Part shown: one piece after another, positions 37,418 to 52,269 of the stretch
Layout of the letters: each line of letters starts with the position of its first letter
Position numbering within the stretch: position 1 is the stretch's first letter
Assembly: GCF_004010195.1 (NCBI RefSeq)
Contig: NC_057754.1
Coordinates: 1,650,823-1,714,822, forward strand
From: Chiloscyllium plagiosum
Lineage: Eukaryota
Direction of reading: 5' to 3'
Length of the DNA stretch: 64,000 bases
Program-made: the position numbers and the translations under genes
The notes under the pieces: model-generated
Told to the model about the DNA's origin: nothing
The model's input: only the letters and a program-made list of their open reading frames with translations
Database searches by the model: none

Positions 37418-38050
37418 ATAGAGTCACAGAGTCATAGAGATGTACAGCACAGAAATAGACCCTTCGGTCCAACTCTTCCATGCTGACCATATGTCCTAAC
37501 CTAATCTAGTCTCATTTGCCAGCACTTGGCCCATATCCTTTTAAACCCTTCCTATTCCTAGACCCATCCAGATGCCTTTTAAATGTTGTAATTGTACCAG
37601 TCTCCACTACTTTCTCTGGCAGCTCATTCCATTCATGCACAACCCTCTGTGTGAAAAGGATACCCCTCAGGTCCCTTTTAAATTTTTCCCCTCTGACCCT
37701 AAACATATGTCCTCTAGTTCTGGACTCCCCTACCCCAGGAAAAAGACCTTGTCTATATACCCTATACATGCCCCTCATGTTTTTATAAATGTCTATCAGG
37801 TCACTTCTCAGCCTCCGACGCTCCAGGGTAAACAACCTGAGCCTCTTCAACCTCTTCCTATAGCTGAAATCCTCCAACCCTGGCAACATTCTTGTAAATC
37901 TTGTCTGAACTCTTTCAAATGTCACAACATCCTTCCAATAGGAAGGAGATCAGAATTGCACACAATATTCCAAAAGTGGCCTCAGCAATGTCCTGTACAG
38001 CTGCAACATGACCTCCCAACTGCTGTACTCAATACTCTGACCAATAAAGG
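37418..38050 (-). mobile_element. HER1/CR1 LINE 3' fragment
   Basis: ORF 37512-37925 reads ERVQTRFTRMLPGL..LERRRLR..WNELP; (CTATGACT)-type tail. Confidence 0.92.
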
Positions 38051-41000
38051 TTGGCCTTAGTTTATTAATTCTGGTCTTCTCTCTCTTTCTTTCTCTCAAT
38101 TGATCAGCAGTTTCACATGGGTAGACTGCAGCCGTGTCAGCTCAGCAATTCATAACTCTGTGAAGCAGCACACCATCCATTTTAACAAAACAAAAAAGAT
38201 TACAGCAATACAGCAAAAGATTGGAGGTGGGCAGTTTAAGTACTGCATTCATGAAGATGCATTAAGTGGTGCTGCAATAGTGCTGTAAATCTTAGGACTT
38301 TCAACGCCTTTTAACTTTAATTGTTGAACACTGCAAACTTGCACTTTTCTCCTTTTATTTACTTGTTCCAGCAAAAGCTCTGACTTGACTAATTTACGGT
38401 TCCCTAAGGTAGTAGCTATGTGTAGGAGTGACTAGCAGCATAAAGTAGAAATACCGTAGGGATCTAAAAGAAAGTGAAAGAATAGCATCCAGTTATACCT
38501 GTAATATTACATGTCTGTGCAGCTCCTGATAACTTATTTTCATTTCTAAAGTTTACGCCTATATTTTATAACGGCAATGTACAGGTAAACTTATCCTGCT
38601 TCAATTGCAGCCTACTTCTAGAGGAGGGAGAGCAGGAGCAGCATTGACAGCAGGGAATAATTGCAGCCTATTTACATTAAAAATACACACTTAAGAATTT
38701 ACAATGGAAAGGCAAAAGAAGAACAACACGTATGACCTAAAAATGGTGACTGATTTAAGTTTGCAAACTCCATTCTACTCAAAGAATATTTTAATGTAAA
38801 TTATGATTATTAGAGTAGCACTTTATGGGCAACTTAAGCATCCACACCCTCCACCTCCGGCACACAGTGGCAGCAATGTGCACTACTTACAAGGTGCACT
38901 GCAGTAACTAGCCCAAATCCTCCAAACCAGCAAGCTTTGCCACTTAGAAAAACAGGGGTTTTTCCAAAGCAGAAGCTTTGGGAAATCACTACTTACAAGT
39001 TCCCCTCAAAATCACATACCATTCTACACTGTCATTTGGATAAAATCCTTGAATGTCCTCTCTGAACAGCACAGTGGGTGAATCTGAGCCACGTGAATTA
39101 CAGAGGTTCAAGAAGGCAGCCCACCAACACCTTCTCAGGACAGATTGTGATTAGATAATTAATAGTGGCCTTGCTGATTATACCCACTTCCCATGGAAAC
39201 TGTAATTGCACATCCCACTTAAAAAAAAAACTGTCTTGCAGTTATGTAGGTTTGGCTAATTGATCGAAGTTTCACAGAGGTAACCACCTGCAGCTGACGT
39301 TATCTTCCATCCATCTCTGGTCTTTTTGTTTCTCTGCCTTTTTGTTATATGCCCATCCATCATGCATTCAATCTCACACTCTAACACAAATTTCAGTGCT
39401 TGTTTTTAAAGAAAAACTGTCAAAATAAAAACAAATACAGTGAAGTTTGTCATACATGGACAAAATCAGAGCGACAATGTTGCCTGCTCCGAAATTAATT
39501 TTTCTGTGAATTTGCCCATTGTTTATTTCACAAAGTAACATAGAAATATTTTGCCATCAAAGAACTATAGGATGTAAACCTGAGAGTAACAGCACTGCTC
39601 CCACCATACTTTGTCGTGGTCAGTGGCGGGGTCCTAAATTACAAAGTACAACCAAGGGTATATACCATTGTGGGCATGCTCCAGAATATATTTCCATCTA
39701 TTATTAATGAGCAATTTATCAGTGGATGAATCCAAAAATATTGAAATCTTCCATATAGTGCATAATGTAAAACATATATTGCATAAAAGTTATCTAAGAG
39801 TGTGAGCGTACCTAACCCTCATGGATGTCAGCTGTCCATGAATGCAGCTCACTACACCTTCTCGAGGGCAGTTAGGGATTGGAATTAAATACTGGCATAG
39901 CCAGCAGTGCCTACATCCTGTGAATTAATAAATTTTTAAAAAAACCTGGCTCAAATTTCCCTGAAACAGATTAAAATGTACTTTCATGTCACTGTGTTTT
40001 ATTCCATTTTTCATACACCTGTAGCATATTCTCCACAATACACCAAAGCATGAACATTTTGAATAGCAGATTCTAGAAACTGCCACGTTTTCAGAAATCT
40101 CTGTGAGATCATCTCAGCCATATCTCTGCCTTTTCTCTCTGAAAAGCATTTAACTGGTCCTTGGAATTCTTTACACTATTTACAATAATGGTCTTCCTGT
40201 TAACCGATTCTTTTGATAAGAAACTTGCAACATGATGTTGAAAATCATTTGTAAGTTGGCATGAAACTGTGCAGGTTTGGCAGCATTTTGAAAGCAGTTA
40301 GTTGGTTCTCTCTCCTTGCTCCACCCGAAACCTGCCAAGGCTGCTGCCTTTTGAAATTCTGTTGGGTAGGAGCACCGAGCTGTTTGCTGAATGAAGATTC
40401 GTTGCAAATCTCACTGAGAAATGAATGAACATGTTCATTTAAAATATGAACGGGGAAAAAAAAGTGAAATTTTAAAGGAGCAACTACTTTGTTGTTTGAC
40501 TTCTAGGTTAAAAGTGTACAAATGGTCTGCAAAAAGTGTAGGCCGTGTGTTTCAGAACTGAATAATTGACATGGCACCTCAGACAGATTTTGTTTAGGTG
40601 ATTCATAGGAGCAAGGCAGGGATGGAGGGATGATGGGTGGTCAGCATAACCAATACATAAATTACGAAGTGCTGGAAGTCACTTCTTTTGCAAAAACTCT
40701 GAAGTTGATGACACCAAGCAGAAACATTATGAACATATCTTTTCTGTAGTTTTTCTCTATTCTCTCAGGGAATGTGGTGTTGTTTGCAGGGCCAACATTT
40801 GTTCTCAATTCCAAATTGCCTCTTGAGCTGAGTGTCTCGCTCAGCCATTTGAGCAGGCAGTTAAAAAAGGCGTATCTGGAGTCAAACGTAGGCCAGACTG
40901 GATAAGGACAGTGGTCATGATCACCATTACTGACACTAGCTTTCAATTCCAGATTTATTAATCACATTTAAATTCTACTATCTGCAGTGTTGAAATTTGA

Positions 41001-43589
41001 ACGTATGTCCTCAGAACATTTTCTTGCACTTGGTAAATCAGGAGAAACATATCTTATTAATTAAAGTGAGCAGCACAGTTTTTGCAATGCTACTTTTTTG
41101 TAAGGTTGCAGAAAATTTCCTCATATTGTTTTGCATTTCCCCAACCTCCACCCCCCCCACAACCTTATTTGAAGAAAATCTTTGTGCCTAATCTGGTGAG
41201 CTGACCTGCGACACAAGCAATCTTATTATTGGAAACTAGAAATTCCCTTGAGATAGTTTTAATGAGGTGCTCTCAGCACCGCTAATGCTAAACATACCAG
41301 AAGTGAACTGTTCAAAGAGGAGCACAATACAGACTGGTTGTGTGCTGAGACAGTGTGGGTTTTCATTATTGACATTTAAGTGTTGCTCTGGTGGTTGCTG
41401 GTTGTGGTATGGTTATTTAATGTTTTAAATGCGTTGTGAATGAACATGTTATTCTGGTACAAAGCACAAAAGGGCGGTGTGTAGTCGCTCTTTGTATGCT
41501 GTGGGTTTCATGCAATTACTCTGCTGTGCGTGTGTACACTTTTTATTGACAGATCTCAAATGTTTCTTAACATCTGTATCATGATGCAGAATACTTATTG
41601 TGTTGTACAGTGAAGCATAAAAGAACTCTGTACTCCTTTTATATACTGTACAGGGAAAATGGATTTACCTACAAGGGGAGCCACTTTGGGAGTTTTCAGG
41701 CAGACTCGCTTGCCAGAAAAATTCATTGTGAAAAATGTCTGATGTTGTCACATTTACTGCTGGACAGTATTTCATTTCAAATACTGTGTGGAAAAATATT
41801 ACCCCTTTAAACCATTGTATTAGTGTGACTGCATTCTATATGGAACCCCATTTTCAGCAATACATGTCTATTCAGCCTCCCTTTCCAATGGGCCATCTAC
41901 TACAGCAAATGTTACTTCCAGTTTTAATGTGAAAGCCTTATTGTTTATTTTTCTTGTAACCTATTAAACAATGTGTGTTAACAACCGCATGAATTGATGG
42001 AAAAATAGTTTCTTGTTTATTATGTGTTATGGTTCATTTTATTAAATAGACCATTTCACAGCATTGTTGCCCTTGCTATTCATATTTTCGTTTTCATTTC
42101 TCTCTCCTTAACTACACTTTGAATGTTATAATTTTCCCAATTTTGCTGCCATTTTAAGTTTTGCCAAGCATACTCAATAGAAAATGTCCTAATTACTGAG
42201 TTTCCATTTCCCTCTCCTTCCTCAAAGCCATCTCTTTATCTAATGCGTCGTCCAGCCTAATTCCTACTCCTATTTGCTTGTTTTCCCATTTCCTGTTATG
42301 TCTCAGTAAAGTGCAGTGGTGTTGGAATGTTTGCCATGCAAAAGGAGCTATGCAGATGTAAATTTGTATTATCGTCTGAGCTAAAGCGAGCTCTTCCCAT
42401 ACCTCAATTTTTTTCTGTTTCCCTAAGACTGATGTTTTTTCCTCTAGTACTTTCTCATTTATCTTGAAAACTCTTTATAATTTTTAGGGGGCACTATTTT
42501 GACAATGGAAAAGCATATTTGATTTGTTGTGACAATTGAGCTTTGGTTCCAGAGGCTGCCTGGGAACACATGTGTCAGAAGCAGGAATAGACCAATTGGC
42601 CCTCAGCCTGCTCTATCATTCAATAAGATCATAGCCTCAACCCTTAATCTTACATATGCTTGATAAACTTTTAGTTCCTTGTTAGTTAAAAATCTATGTA
42701 CTTCAATCTTAAATAAAAGTCAATGATCCAGCCTGCGCCATTCTCTGGTGACGACTTCCTCATTTCAGTGTTTGATGAAATTCACAAGTACAAAGAGTAG
42801 TGTTTTTGTGAACTGGTGATCTTTCAGTTAATTAACTGCTTTTCATAAGATCATATACAGCAACAGGTGAAGGCCATTCAGCCCATTGAGCCCGATCATG
42901 TTAAGAAAGTCCGAGCTGATCTGATTGTGGCTTTGCCTCAACATTCCTACCCACCCCTATAACCCTTGAATCCCTTGTTGATCAAACACACTAACAATTG
43001 AAGACATGTTATTTTAGGAATTGTATTGATCAAATATTTTCAATCTTTGTTCTGTATTGGATTTTATTACATGCATAGTGTTGGCTTGGGCAAATATTCT
43101 CTTAAACTAAAGTTCACATTAGCAATTTGGGGAATGTCTTCAAATCAATAAAAAAAAATTCTGGGTAGGATCTGAAAAACATTCTGGTTCGTTGAAAGCT
43201 ATTTCGAAGGTGTGGGGGAAGAAAAAGAAGCAGTTACCAGGTTATTTTTCAAATATTTTATAAAAACAGCTACAAAAAATAACATACAATGTGTTAATCC
43301 ATAGCTGTAAGGTGTAAAAATCATTAAACAATTTTGATTGCGAATGTGCTCAATTTATTTGTCTCACCTACAAATAAGCTTAACTCCTCATCATACTTTG
43401 GTACAATTTAATGTGTTATTTCCTTTGAATGAGAAGTGTAAAACAAAATTAAACACAAGAAACTTTTTATTCCCCAAAGTCTGCAATTTGGGGAAGAAAA
43501 AGCATTTTTATATCTTCAGCTGTTTTGTGTAAAGGAAAATGACACAAACATCAGTTAACAATTAAACTATTGAACAGTTTTAATGATTT

Positions 43590-43921
43590 TGGCTGAAGAA
43601 TAACTATTGCATTGGATACTTGGTAGAATTCCCCACTGTGCTGCCAGGAGTGCCATAGGATCTTTATAAAAAAGGCATTTTTTAATCAACTTCATCAGAC
43701 ATGACTGACATACTCTGCAACAGGTGGGACTTGAGCCTCGACCTTGTGGTTCAGAGGTGGGAATATAACTATTGCATCACAAGACTCTTTTCATCTCGAC
43801 CTGAAAAGGCAGATGGGTGTTCAGATCTCATCTGAAAAATAGCACCTCTGGCAGTGCAGCACTCTCTCAGCATTGGCTCTGCAGGTTTCAAACAAGATTA
43901 TGTTTCCCAGTCTCTAGAGTG
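43590..43921 (-). mobile_element. SacSINE1/DeuSINE-like SINE interrupted by an LTR
   Basis: GTGCCATAGGATCTTT..TCATCTGAAAAATAGCACCTCTGGCAGTGCAGCACTCTCTCAG; it resumes at 44558-44592. Confidence 0.65.
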
Positions 43922-44557
43922 TGTTATGGACCAGGCCAGACCACTTAAAATACTCTCAAGCAGGCAGCCCAGACCGTAACTTTACAATTTGTTTTGGTAG
44001 GTATACAGTGAAAATTACCCGGAGTAAGTTAGCTAGGTTGACTACCAGGTATTAAAATAGACAAAAATGTATTCATAAAATTATGAAATGAAACACAAAG
44101 AACATAATATAGAGTACCCACAGAACTCAGACTATCCAAACTAGACTTAATTATGCTGTTCCGAATATACACAACAGTCCCAATAAACAAACCCCTTAAA
44201 CATAGAGTAAAACTGAAACAGAGGTTTACAGGTTGAAGTTAGAAGGGCAGAAGGAGAGAGAATCTAGTAGCCTATTTCCACACAGCCCATTGCTGAACTG
44301 ACTCAAACAAGACTTCACCTTTTAGGACTGAGCACTCCCCTTTCATTATACAGGTTACTTCTAAAACATGAAAGATGTGGCCTAAAACCTCATCTGTTTA
44401 TGTATAAACAAAAAGGCCTCCCAATATCCTTTTTATCTCTGTACCAAACTAGCCAATTCAGAACCTGGACAGTTAGCGACCCCTCTGAAAAATATCAAGG
44501 ACATAGTATTCTTGAGAAGAAGGTTCAGCTTTTAGGAAAAGGACCAGCTTTGTGTTA
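43922..44557. mobile_element. Probable solo LTR (636 bp) with 4-bp TSD
   Basis: Starts TGTTATG and ends TGTGTTA (decayed ..CA); AGTG duplicated at 43918-43921 and 44558-44561; cleanly interrupts a SINE. Confidence 0.6.
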
Positions 44558-46039
44558 AGTGGGTCTGAATATGAAATCTTCAACTCAGAGCAACAGTCAA
44601 CAAAATTAATGAAATATTGAATGACTTTGTGAGTACAGTAGATCATGGATGACATAGCAAAGTATGCAGTTCTTTGTTCAGATTGAAGCTTGAATACAGT
44701 ATCCACTTCTGAGGCATTGAAATGCTAAAGGCATTGCAGAGAAGAGTTGTGTACCAAGTGTGGATTTGTATGAAGAATAAACATTGGAATAACTTTGGAA
44801 TTTCCAACTTGGAAGGAAGGCATCAGAGGGATGAATATATAGCTGCACATAAGATAGTTACAGGAATAGAAGAGATAAATCTGAAATATTACTTGAACCT
44901 AAATTGAGAGGAGAAGGTGGGGGATACACAGGTTCAAATTAGTAAATTATGGGACTGATTAGCATTGATCAAGTATGAAATAGATATTATTATATGAACA
45001 CTTCAGGAAGAGAGGGCACTGTATTTAAACAAACACTGTGGGAAGAAAGAGTACCCATTATCCATACAAACACTGCATAATCTCTCTTTAATTATAAACA
45101 ATGTTTAATCCTGTTTAGGTCTGTGTGCAATATTAGGTTCCATAAAAGAATAAATTGAAATTTTAGAAAGAGCACAACTCAGATTCACAAGTTTACTGAT
45201 TGGTTTTAGGAAATGGAAATAATGGAGAAAGAATTGAACAATTTATTGGAAAACTGCATATTCCATGCAGATACAGCGGTAGTGTTTAAAATCATGATGA
45301 AATGATTCAGGCGTGGATGATAGTTGAGGGCATAGGGCCACAAAAACAAGATGCAGAGTGGAAGGCAGAGGAATCTATTTCACAGAGAGTTGTGAGAATG
45401 TGGAATTCACTATCAACATTAACAGTTGAGGCAGAAACTATGTCAGATTTTAAGATTGATTTGGAAATGTGGATGAAGAAATGTCAGGTTGACAGGATTT
45501 GAATCAGGATGGTTGAAATAATTTGCTTAAAGAGGGTCTAATAGCCTAGTGTTGTAACTTTCAATATGTATTCCCATATGAGCTAAGGTAAACTGGTTAT
45601 ATGGTCAAAACCAGTTTATGGGAATTATCAAGCTGTTTATGGCACAGGAGGAGGCCATTCACCCCATTGAGTCCTTTGAAAACCAATCCAGTTGGTCTCA
45701 CTCCACCACTCAAACCTTGTAGCCCATCCAATGTCCTTTCAAAATATTGCTGTTGGATTAGTGGGAAAGAAATTTTCTGCAGGATATCTGTAATTGTAAT
45801 TGTGTGAATTCTTTTTAGATAACATGGGATATCTGGCCGGCATGGATGGGTTGGACCGAAGTATCTGTTTCCATGCTGTACATCTCTATGACTCTATGAC
45901 TCTATTTTAAATGTACTATTCCACTTTTAAAGAAAGAAAGACATGTGTTTCTATAGTGCTTTTCACAATCACTGTTTCAATATGCTTCACTATCAATAAA
46001 GTACTTTTGAAGAATGGTCAAACACAAAACTAACAGTTG

Positions 46040-46282
46040 ATCTCTGGGTTTCCTGTGGGTACTCTGGTTTTCTCCCACAGTCCAAAGATGTCCACGTTAG
46101 GTGGATTGGCCAAGCTAAATTGCCCATAGTGTCCATGGATGTGCAGGCTAGGTAGATTAGCCGTGGGAAATGCAGGGTCACTGGGACAAGGTAGGGGGGT
46201 TTGGCCTGGGTGGGATGCTGTTGAGAGGGACGGTGTGGACTGATTGGGCCAAGTGGCCTACTTCCATGCTGTAGGGATTTTA
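46040..46282 (+). mobile_element. 5'-truncated HE1-type SINE
   Basis: TGGGTTTCCTGTGGGTACTCTGGTTTTCTCCCACAGTCCAAAGATGT..GCTAAATTGCCC. Confidence 0.82.
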
Positions 46283-47029
46283 TTAACAAATTCTATTCTA
46301 TCCATTCTTCACCCTCACTAAACTGTTGAACTGGAAATTGAAATATGATAAAAACAGAACTTTTTTTTGTTTTTGACTGTATGATTTAACTTTAATTTAA
46401 CAAGAACAGGTATTGTTACTGCAATTTGAAACTCAAAGAATGATTTCTCTACTTTTGGCTCTGATCTAACATTATTTGAGAAAATAGTCACACTTGATGC
46501 AAGAACTAATGTGTCACTGATAATCAAATCATACCCCTAAACAAGGCCAATGCTTGGTAGTTAGCACTGGTAATTGCCAGTAACTTCTATCTGTGTGTCA
46601 GTATACTGTACATTGTTCTTGGAAAGTGCCATATTGACATCACTCTGGTTTATTAGTAAGTAATGCATTTTGACCTAGATGGCATAGGTACGAAGATGAG
46701 ATGTAGCTCCTTGCAAAATATGCCTATGTTCTGGAAACTGTAGAGATTAAACTTGTCACTATTTTGTCTAGGCAAAAGAGACCTGTTGTGATAAGAAAGG
46801 AGAGGTGCATGTCAGAGATCGGGATGGTTGAGTGGACTGGTGCTGCCAAATATGTCTGGCAGAAGTTAGTTTTTCTTAGAAAGAGGGGTGTTGGACCTGC
46901 ATACCCGCAACTCATGGTTCCATTTATATTTTAAAAACCAGTTTGTTGCGGCTGTTAGGCACCCATTTTAAAAATACTTTCTTAAAATTGACAAGCAAAT
47001 CTTGCAGTGCAAGGCCTCAACAGATAATT

Positions 47030-48495
47030 ATAGAACATTACAGCACAGTACAGGCCCTTTGGCCCTCGATGTTGCGCCGCCCTGTGAACCAATCTGATGC
47101 CCATCTAACCTACACTATTCCATTATTGTCCATATGCCTATCCAATGACCACTTAAATGCCCGTAAGGTTGGCGAGTCTACTACTGTTGCAGGCAGTGCG
47201 TCCCACACCCCTCCTATTCTCTGAGTAAAGAAACTACCTCTGACATCTGTCCTATATCTATCATTCCTCAATTTGAAGCTATGCCCCGTTGTGCAAGCCA
47301 TCATCATCCTAGGAAAAAGGCCCTCACTGTCCACCCGATCTAGCCCTCTGATTATCTTGTATGTCTCAATTAAGTAATCTCTCAACCTACTCTCTAACCG
47401 AAACAGCCTCAAGTCTCTCAGCCTTTCCTCATAAGATTTTCCCTCCATACCAGGCAACATCCTCGTAAATCTCCTCTGAACTATTATCAAAGCTTCCACA
47501 TCCTTCCTATAATGCAGTGACCTGAACTGCACACAATACTCCCAAGTGCAGCTGCACCAGAGTTTTGTACAGCTGCAGCATGACTTCAAGGTTCCAAAAT
47601 TTGATCCCTCTACTAATAAAAGCTAACACACCGTATACCTTTTTAACAGCTCTGTCAACCTGGGTGGTAACTTTCAGATATCTATGTATATGGACACCAA
47701 GATCCCTCTGCTTATCTGCACTACCAAGAATCTTACCATTCACCCAGCACTCTGCATTCCTGTTGTTCCTTCCAAAGTGATTCACCTCACATTTTTCTGC
47801 ATTAAACTCCATTTGCCACCTCACTCCTCAGCTCTGCAGCTTATTTATGTCCCTCCGTAATCCACAACATCCTTCAGCACTGCCCACAACTGTACTGATC
47901 TTAATGTCGTCCACAATTTACTAACCCATTCTTCTGCGCCCTCATCCAGGTCATTTATAAAAATGACAAACAGCAGTGGACCCAAAACAGATCCTTGCAG
48001 TACACCACTAGTAACTGAACTCCAGGATGAACATTTTCCATCAACCACCATCCTCTGTCTTTCAGCTAGCCAATTTCTGATCCAAATTGCCCTCAATCGC
48101 ATGCCTCCGTATTTTGTGCAGTAGCCTATCATGGGGAACCTTATCAAATGCCTTACTGAAATCCATATACACCACATCAACAGCTTTACCTCACCCACCT
48201 GTTTGGTCACCCTCTCAAAGAACTCAATAAGGTTTGTGAGGCACGACCTACATTTCACAAAATCCGTGCAGAATACCCCTAATCAACTTATTCCTATCGA
48301 GATGATTATAAATCCTATCTCTGATAAGCCTTTCCAACACTTTGCCCACACCCGAAGTAAGGCTCACTGGTCTATAATTACCAGAGTTGTCTCTACTCCC
48401 CTTCTTGAACAAGGGAACAACATTTGCTATCCTCCAGTCTTCTGGCAGTATTCCTGCTGACAATGATGACATAATGATCAAAGCCAAAGGCTCAG
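47030..48495 (-). mobile_element. 5'-truncated CR1/HER1 LINE (RT to 3' tail)
   Basis: ORFs read [39 protein letters not shown] and WQMEFNAEKC; frameshifted. Confidence 0.95.
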
Positions 48496-50269
48496 AATCA
48501 ATCCCATCTAGTCTCGTAGCCTGTTTCTCAGTATTCTCCTTGACAACATTGTTTTTTAGGTTCCCTATTTGTGAATACAGAGAGAGATTTTATTTTATTA
48601 TGAGCTGTCAATATGGCAATGAGTGTGTAGTTACAAACAGCCATACTTGAGACTTAGGAGAAAATATAGGTTTAACTTTTGGGTGCTATAACCAGTTGCT
48701 GTTCTGTATCTCTTTTTGTATCGTAAACCTCTCAAGGTGCTTTGTGAAAGAGGGAGAAGACATGGAGGAGTAAGCAGTGAGTTAAGGGCGATGAAAGCAA
48801 GCATGATTAAAACATGATAGATTTTGAGGAGGCGATGAAAAGCAAAAGGTGAAGCTTTAAAACACTAGTAAGAAGTTGGGAGAGTGTTCCAGAGAAGATA
48901 ACTATAATGTCAGATGATTCTGATACCAGCGTAGGGGGCAGAGAGAAGAACCCCAGATTCAAGAGACTTAATGTTAATGGCTGCAATATGGGGCTAGAGG
49001 TCACTGCATAGTCAAGATGGGGACGGTTATGAAGAGGTTTGTAATTAAGGACAAATATTTTGCATTCAGTGTGTAGGACGGGAGGTTAGTGTGAAAAGTA
49101 TGAATGAGAAGACAACATTTATTGTGGTGAAGTATCCAGGCATTGAAATTTTGGACCAGAACCAGTGTCAGGTATCGTCTGGGAGGCTGGAAAGTAATGC
49201 ACAGAAGAGCAAAAAAAAACATTTTCCTCATATCTTCATAACCTTAGAACTTCCCAGAGCATTTTACAGCCAATAAAATGTTTTTGAATTGCTGTCACTG
49301 CTGCAGTGTGGGAAACACAGTACTGTGGCTAGTTAGTGCATGGCAAATCCCCACTAACTTCAGTTTACCTGTTTTTGTGATATTGTTTGAGTGATACATT
49401 TTGGTCAAAGGAGGTGTTCTGGCAACAGAATGATTTTTGCTCTTGTGTTTTTAAATGTAGAACAATCTTCACTCAGTCTATGGCCTATGTTGTTGCTGGT
49501 ACAGGTGCTAAATTTGGCTTATACCTTGAATGCATCTAAAGAAAACCATTCAGGGAATTAAAATGAAGTTAAAGAATCCATTCAAAATAATGATAAATAA
49601 GCATGGATTAGGATCTATAACAACTTCATGAACTGAAGAAGTATAATACAATGCTTGGTAGACATCATGCTCCTTGGAGAATTCATAACAATATATTGTG
49701 AAGTAAACATTAAAATAATTGAGCTGCAACAAATGAACCATTAAATTTGCTGATGCTTGTATGATTACAATTAGCAAGGCAACTGTGTTCATTAAGCAAG
49801 CAGAATATTTGATGATTGGTAAGGGATTTAGTATCTATGCTGCAGGGTCAGAAGTATAGAGGTTGCACATGACAACTCATAATGGATAGAAGATTAAGAT
49901 GAGTCATTGTCTTTGTCCAAAATGTTTCTACTTGAAACAATATTGCCTTTACATTGGACGGGAAAGATCTGTCAATGGATCCATTTTGGAATTCAGAATC
50001 AATGGCACAGAATTTCCATGCCAGGTTACTATTGATGCACAAATCTCTAATTTTCTAACTTGTTGAAAATGCTATTTGGTTTCATGATGTAAACACGCTG
50101 TATTTTTATAGTCAGCAAAATACAATTTAGAAATAAAATGCTTTGTGCAAAATTCCTTTTATCTCCTTTGCTTTGATGTGTTGTAATTGCATTATGTAGG
50201 CTCTCCTCCAAGGTTCAGAAGAAACACATGTACAAACATATATTGCAGCTTATGAACATACTGCAACAT

Positions 50270-51830
50270 ATCAGGGAGAGGTCAAGTTACTTGGACACTT
50301 TATTCCAGGAGGCAGTCAAGAGTCAACATGATTTTGCGGAAGGAATGTCAATATTTAATCAATTTATTAAAGTTCTTTCATGTAGTAATATGTGTGGTGG
50401 ATAAAGGAAAGCTTGTGGATTTCCTGTACTGAGATTTTCAGAAGACTTTTTATAAGGTGCACATCAAAAGTTGTTGGAGAAAACAAAAGCTCTTCGTATA
50501 GTAAATGCTCTATTAGCATGGAAAGAAGATTGGCTAGCTAACAGGAAACAGTTAAAAAGGTAATGTTCTGGTGCCAAAATCTGATGAGAGATGTGCCACA
50601 GGGTTTGTCACTGGGACCTCAACTATTTACAATTTATATAATGACTTGGATGAAAAAACTGAAGTTATGGCTGCTAAATTCCCCAATGAAACAAAGACTT
50701 ATAACAAAGTAGAATATGAAAGAAGAACATAATGATCCTACAAAGGGATATAGGTCAAATGAACTTACAAAGATCTGACAAATTGATTAGAATTTGTGAA
50801 TGTGTGAAATTATCCATTTTGGCAGAAAGAATAATAAAGACCCATGTGACTCTATGAATCTATAATCCAGATAGTGAGAAACTGTAGAACTCTGAAATAC
50901 AGAGGCATGTCTTAGTGTATGAATCACAAAAGGTTAGTTTTCACGTACAGCAAGCAACTGGGAAAGTTCATGAAATGTTCTTCTTTATTGCAAGGGGAAT
51001 TGAATGTAAACGTATGGAGGTTATGCTTCAGTCATATAAAGCATAATTTAAATGCATATGGAATACTGTGTACAATACAGGTCTCCTTATTTAAGGAAGG
51101 TTGTAAATGCATTGAAAGCACTTCAGAGATGGCTTACTAGATTAGTGTCTGCAGTGGGTGGGTTGTCTTTTGAGAAATGTTGCACAGGCTAGGCCTGTAG
51201 TTGCTGAAATTTAGAAGAGTTAGAGACATCTTGACAGGGTGCATTTCATAGACTCCCTACAGTGTGGAAGCAGGTTATTCAGAACATTGAGTTCTTATTG
51301 ATGCTCTGAAGAGCATCCCACCCATACCTACCCCTCTACCCTATCCCCATAACCCTGCATTTCTCATGGCTAATCCAGCTAACCTGCACATCCCTGGACA
51401 CAATCTGTAATTTAACACGTCCAATCCACCCAATTGCACATTTTTGGACTATGGTAGGAAACTATAGGAAACCCACGCAGACACTGGGAGAATGTGCAAA
51501 CCCTACCCAGATAGTCACCCAAAGAATTGAGCCCAGGTCCCTGGCACTGTAAGGCAGCAGTGCTAATCACTGAGTCACGGTGTCACCCATTTTGGAAGGG
51601 TGTGAGAGATTGTGAGAGAACTGAGAGGTAGTGTTCATTGTTTAATAAGGGGTTTACCCATTTACATGAGCAGAAGCGGTTTTTCTCACAGAGCATCATG
51701 GACTCTGTTCCTCAAAAAATCAAAGTGGCAGAATTCATGAATAGTTTCAACGGTCAAGTAGATAGATTCTTGCTAAGCAAGAGTGAAATGTTATTGGGGT
51801 TAGGCAGGGAAATGGACAAATCAGCTCAGC
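50270..51830 (+). mobile_element. Old CR1 LINE RT/3' region interrupted by an HE1 SINE
   Basis: AGTCAACATGATTTTG..GATTTTCAGAAGACTTTT..GTGCCACAGGG..GAATACTGTGTACA. Confidence 0.75.
51250..51590 (-). mobile_element. HE1-type V-SINE
   Basis: Reverse-complement head at about 51590 and CCCTACAGTGTGGAA tail. Confidence 0.85.
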
Positions 51831-51832
51831 CA

Positions 51833-52131
51833 TGATTAGATTAGATTACTTACATTGTGGAAACAGGCCCTTCGGCTCAACAAGTCCACACCGACCCTCC
51901 GAAGAGCAACCCACCCACATCCATTCCCCTACACCTAACACTATGGGCAATTTAGCATGGCCAATTCACCTAACCTGCACATTTTTTGGACTGTGGGAGG
52001 AAACAGGAGCAAACCCACACAAACACAGGGAGAATGTGCAAACTCCACACAGACAGTTGCCTGAGGCAGGAATTGAACCCGGGTCTCTGGCGCTGTGAAG
52101 CAGCAGTACTAACCACTGTGCCACTGTGCCC
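51833..52131 (-). mobile_element. HE1-type V-SINE
   Basis: (GATTA)n tail; head GGGCACAGTGGCACAGTGGTTAG on the minus strand. Confidence 0.9.
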
Positions 52132-52269
52132 ATGATCTTATTGAATGGTGGAGCAGGTTGAAGGGGCCATGGCCTTCACCTTCTCCTCAGTTGTATATTT
52201 GAATGCTTTGTTCAGAATGAATTGCTAAATGAATGACTTGAAATTGGCACTGTGTTAAACTTGTTTAAG

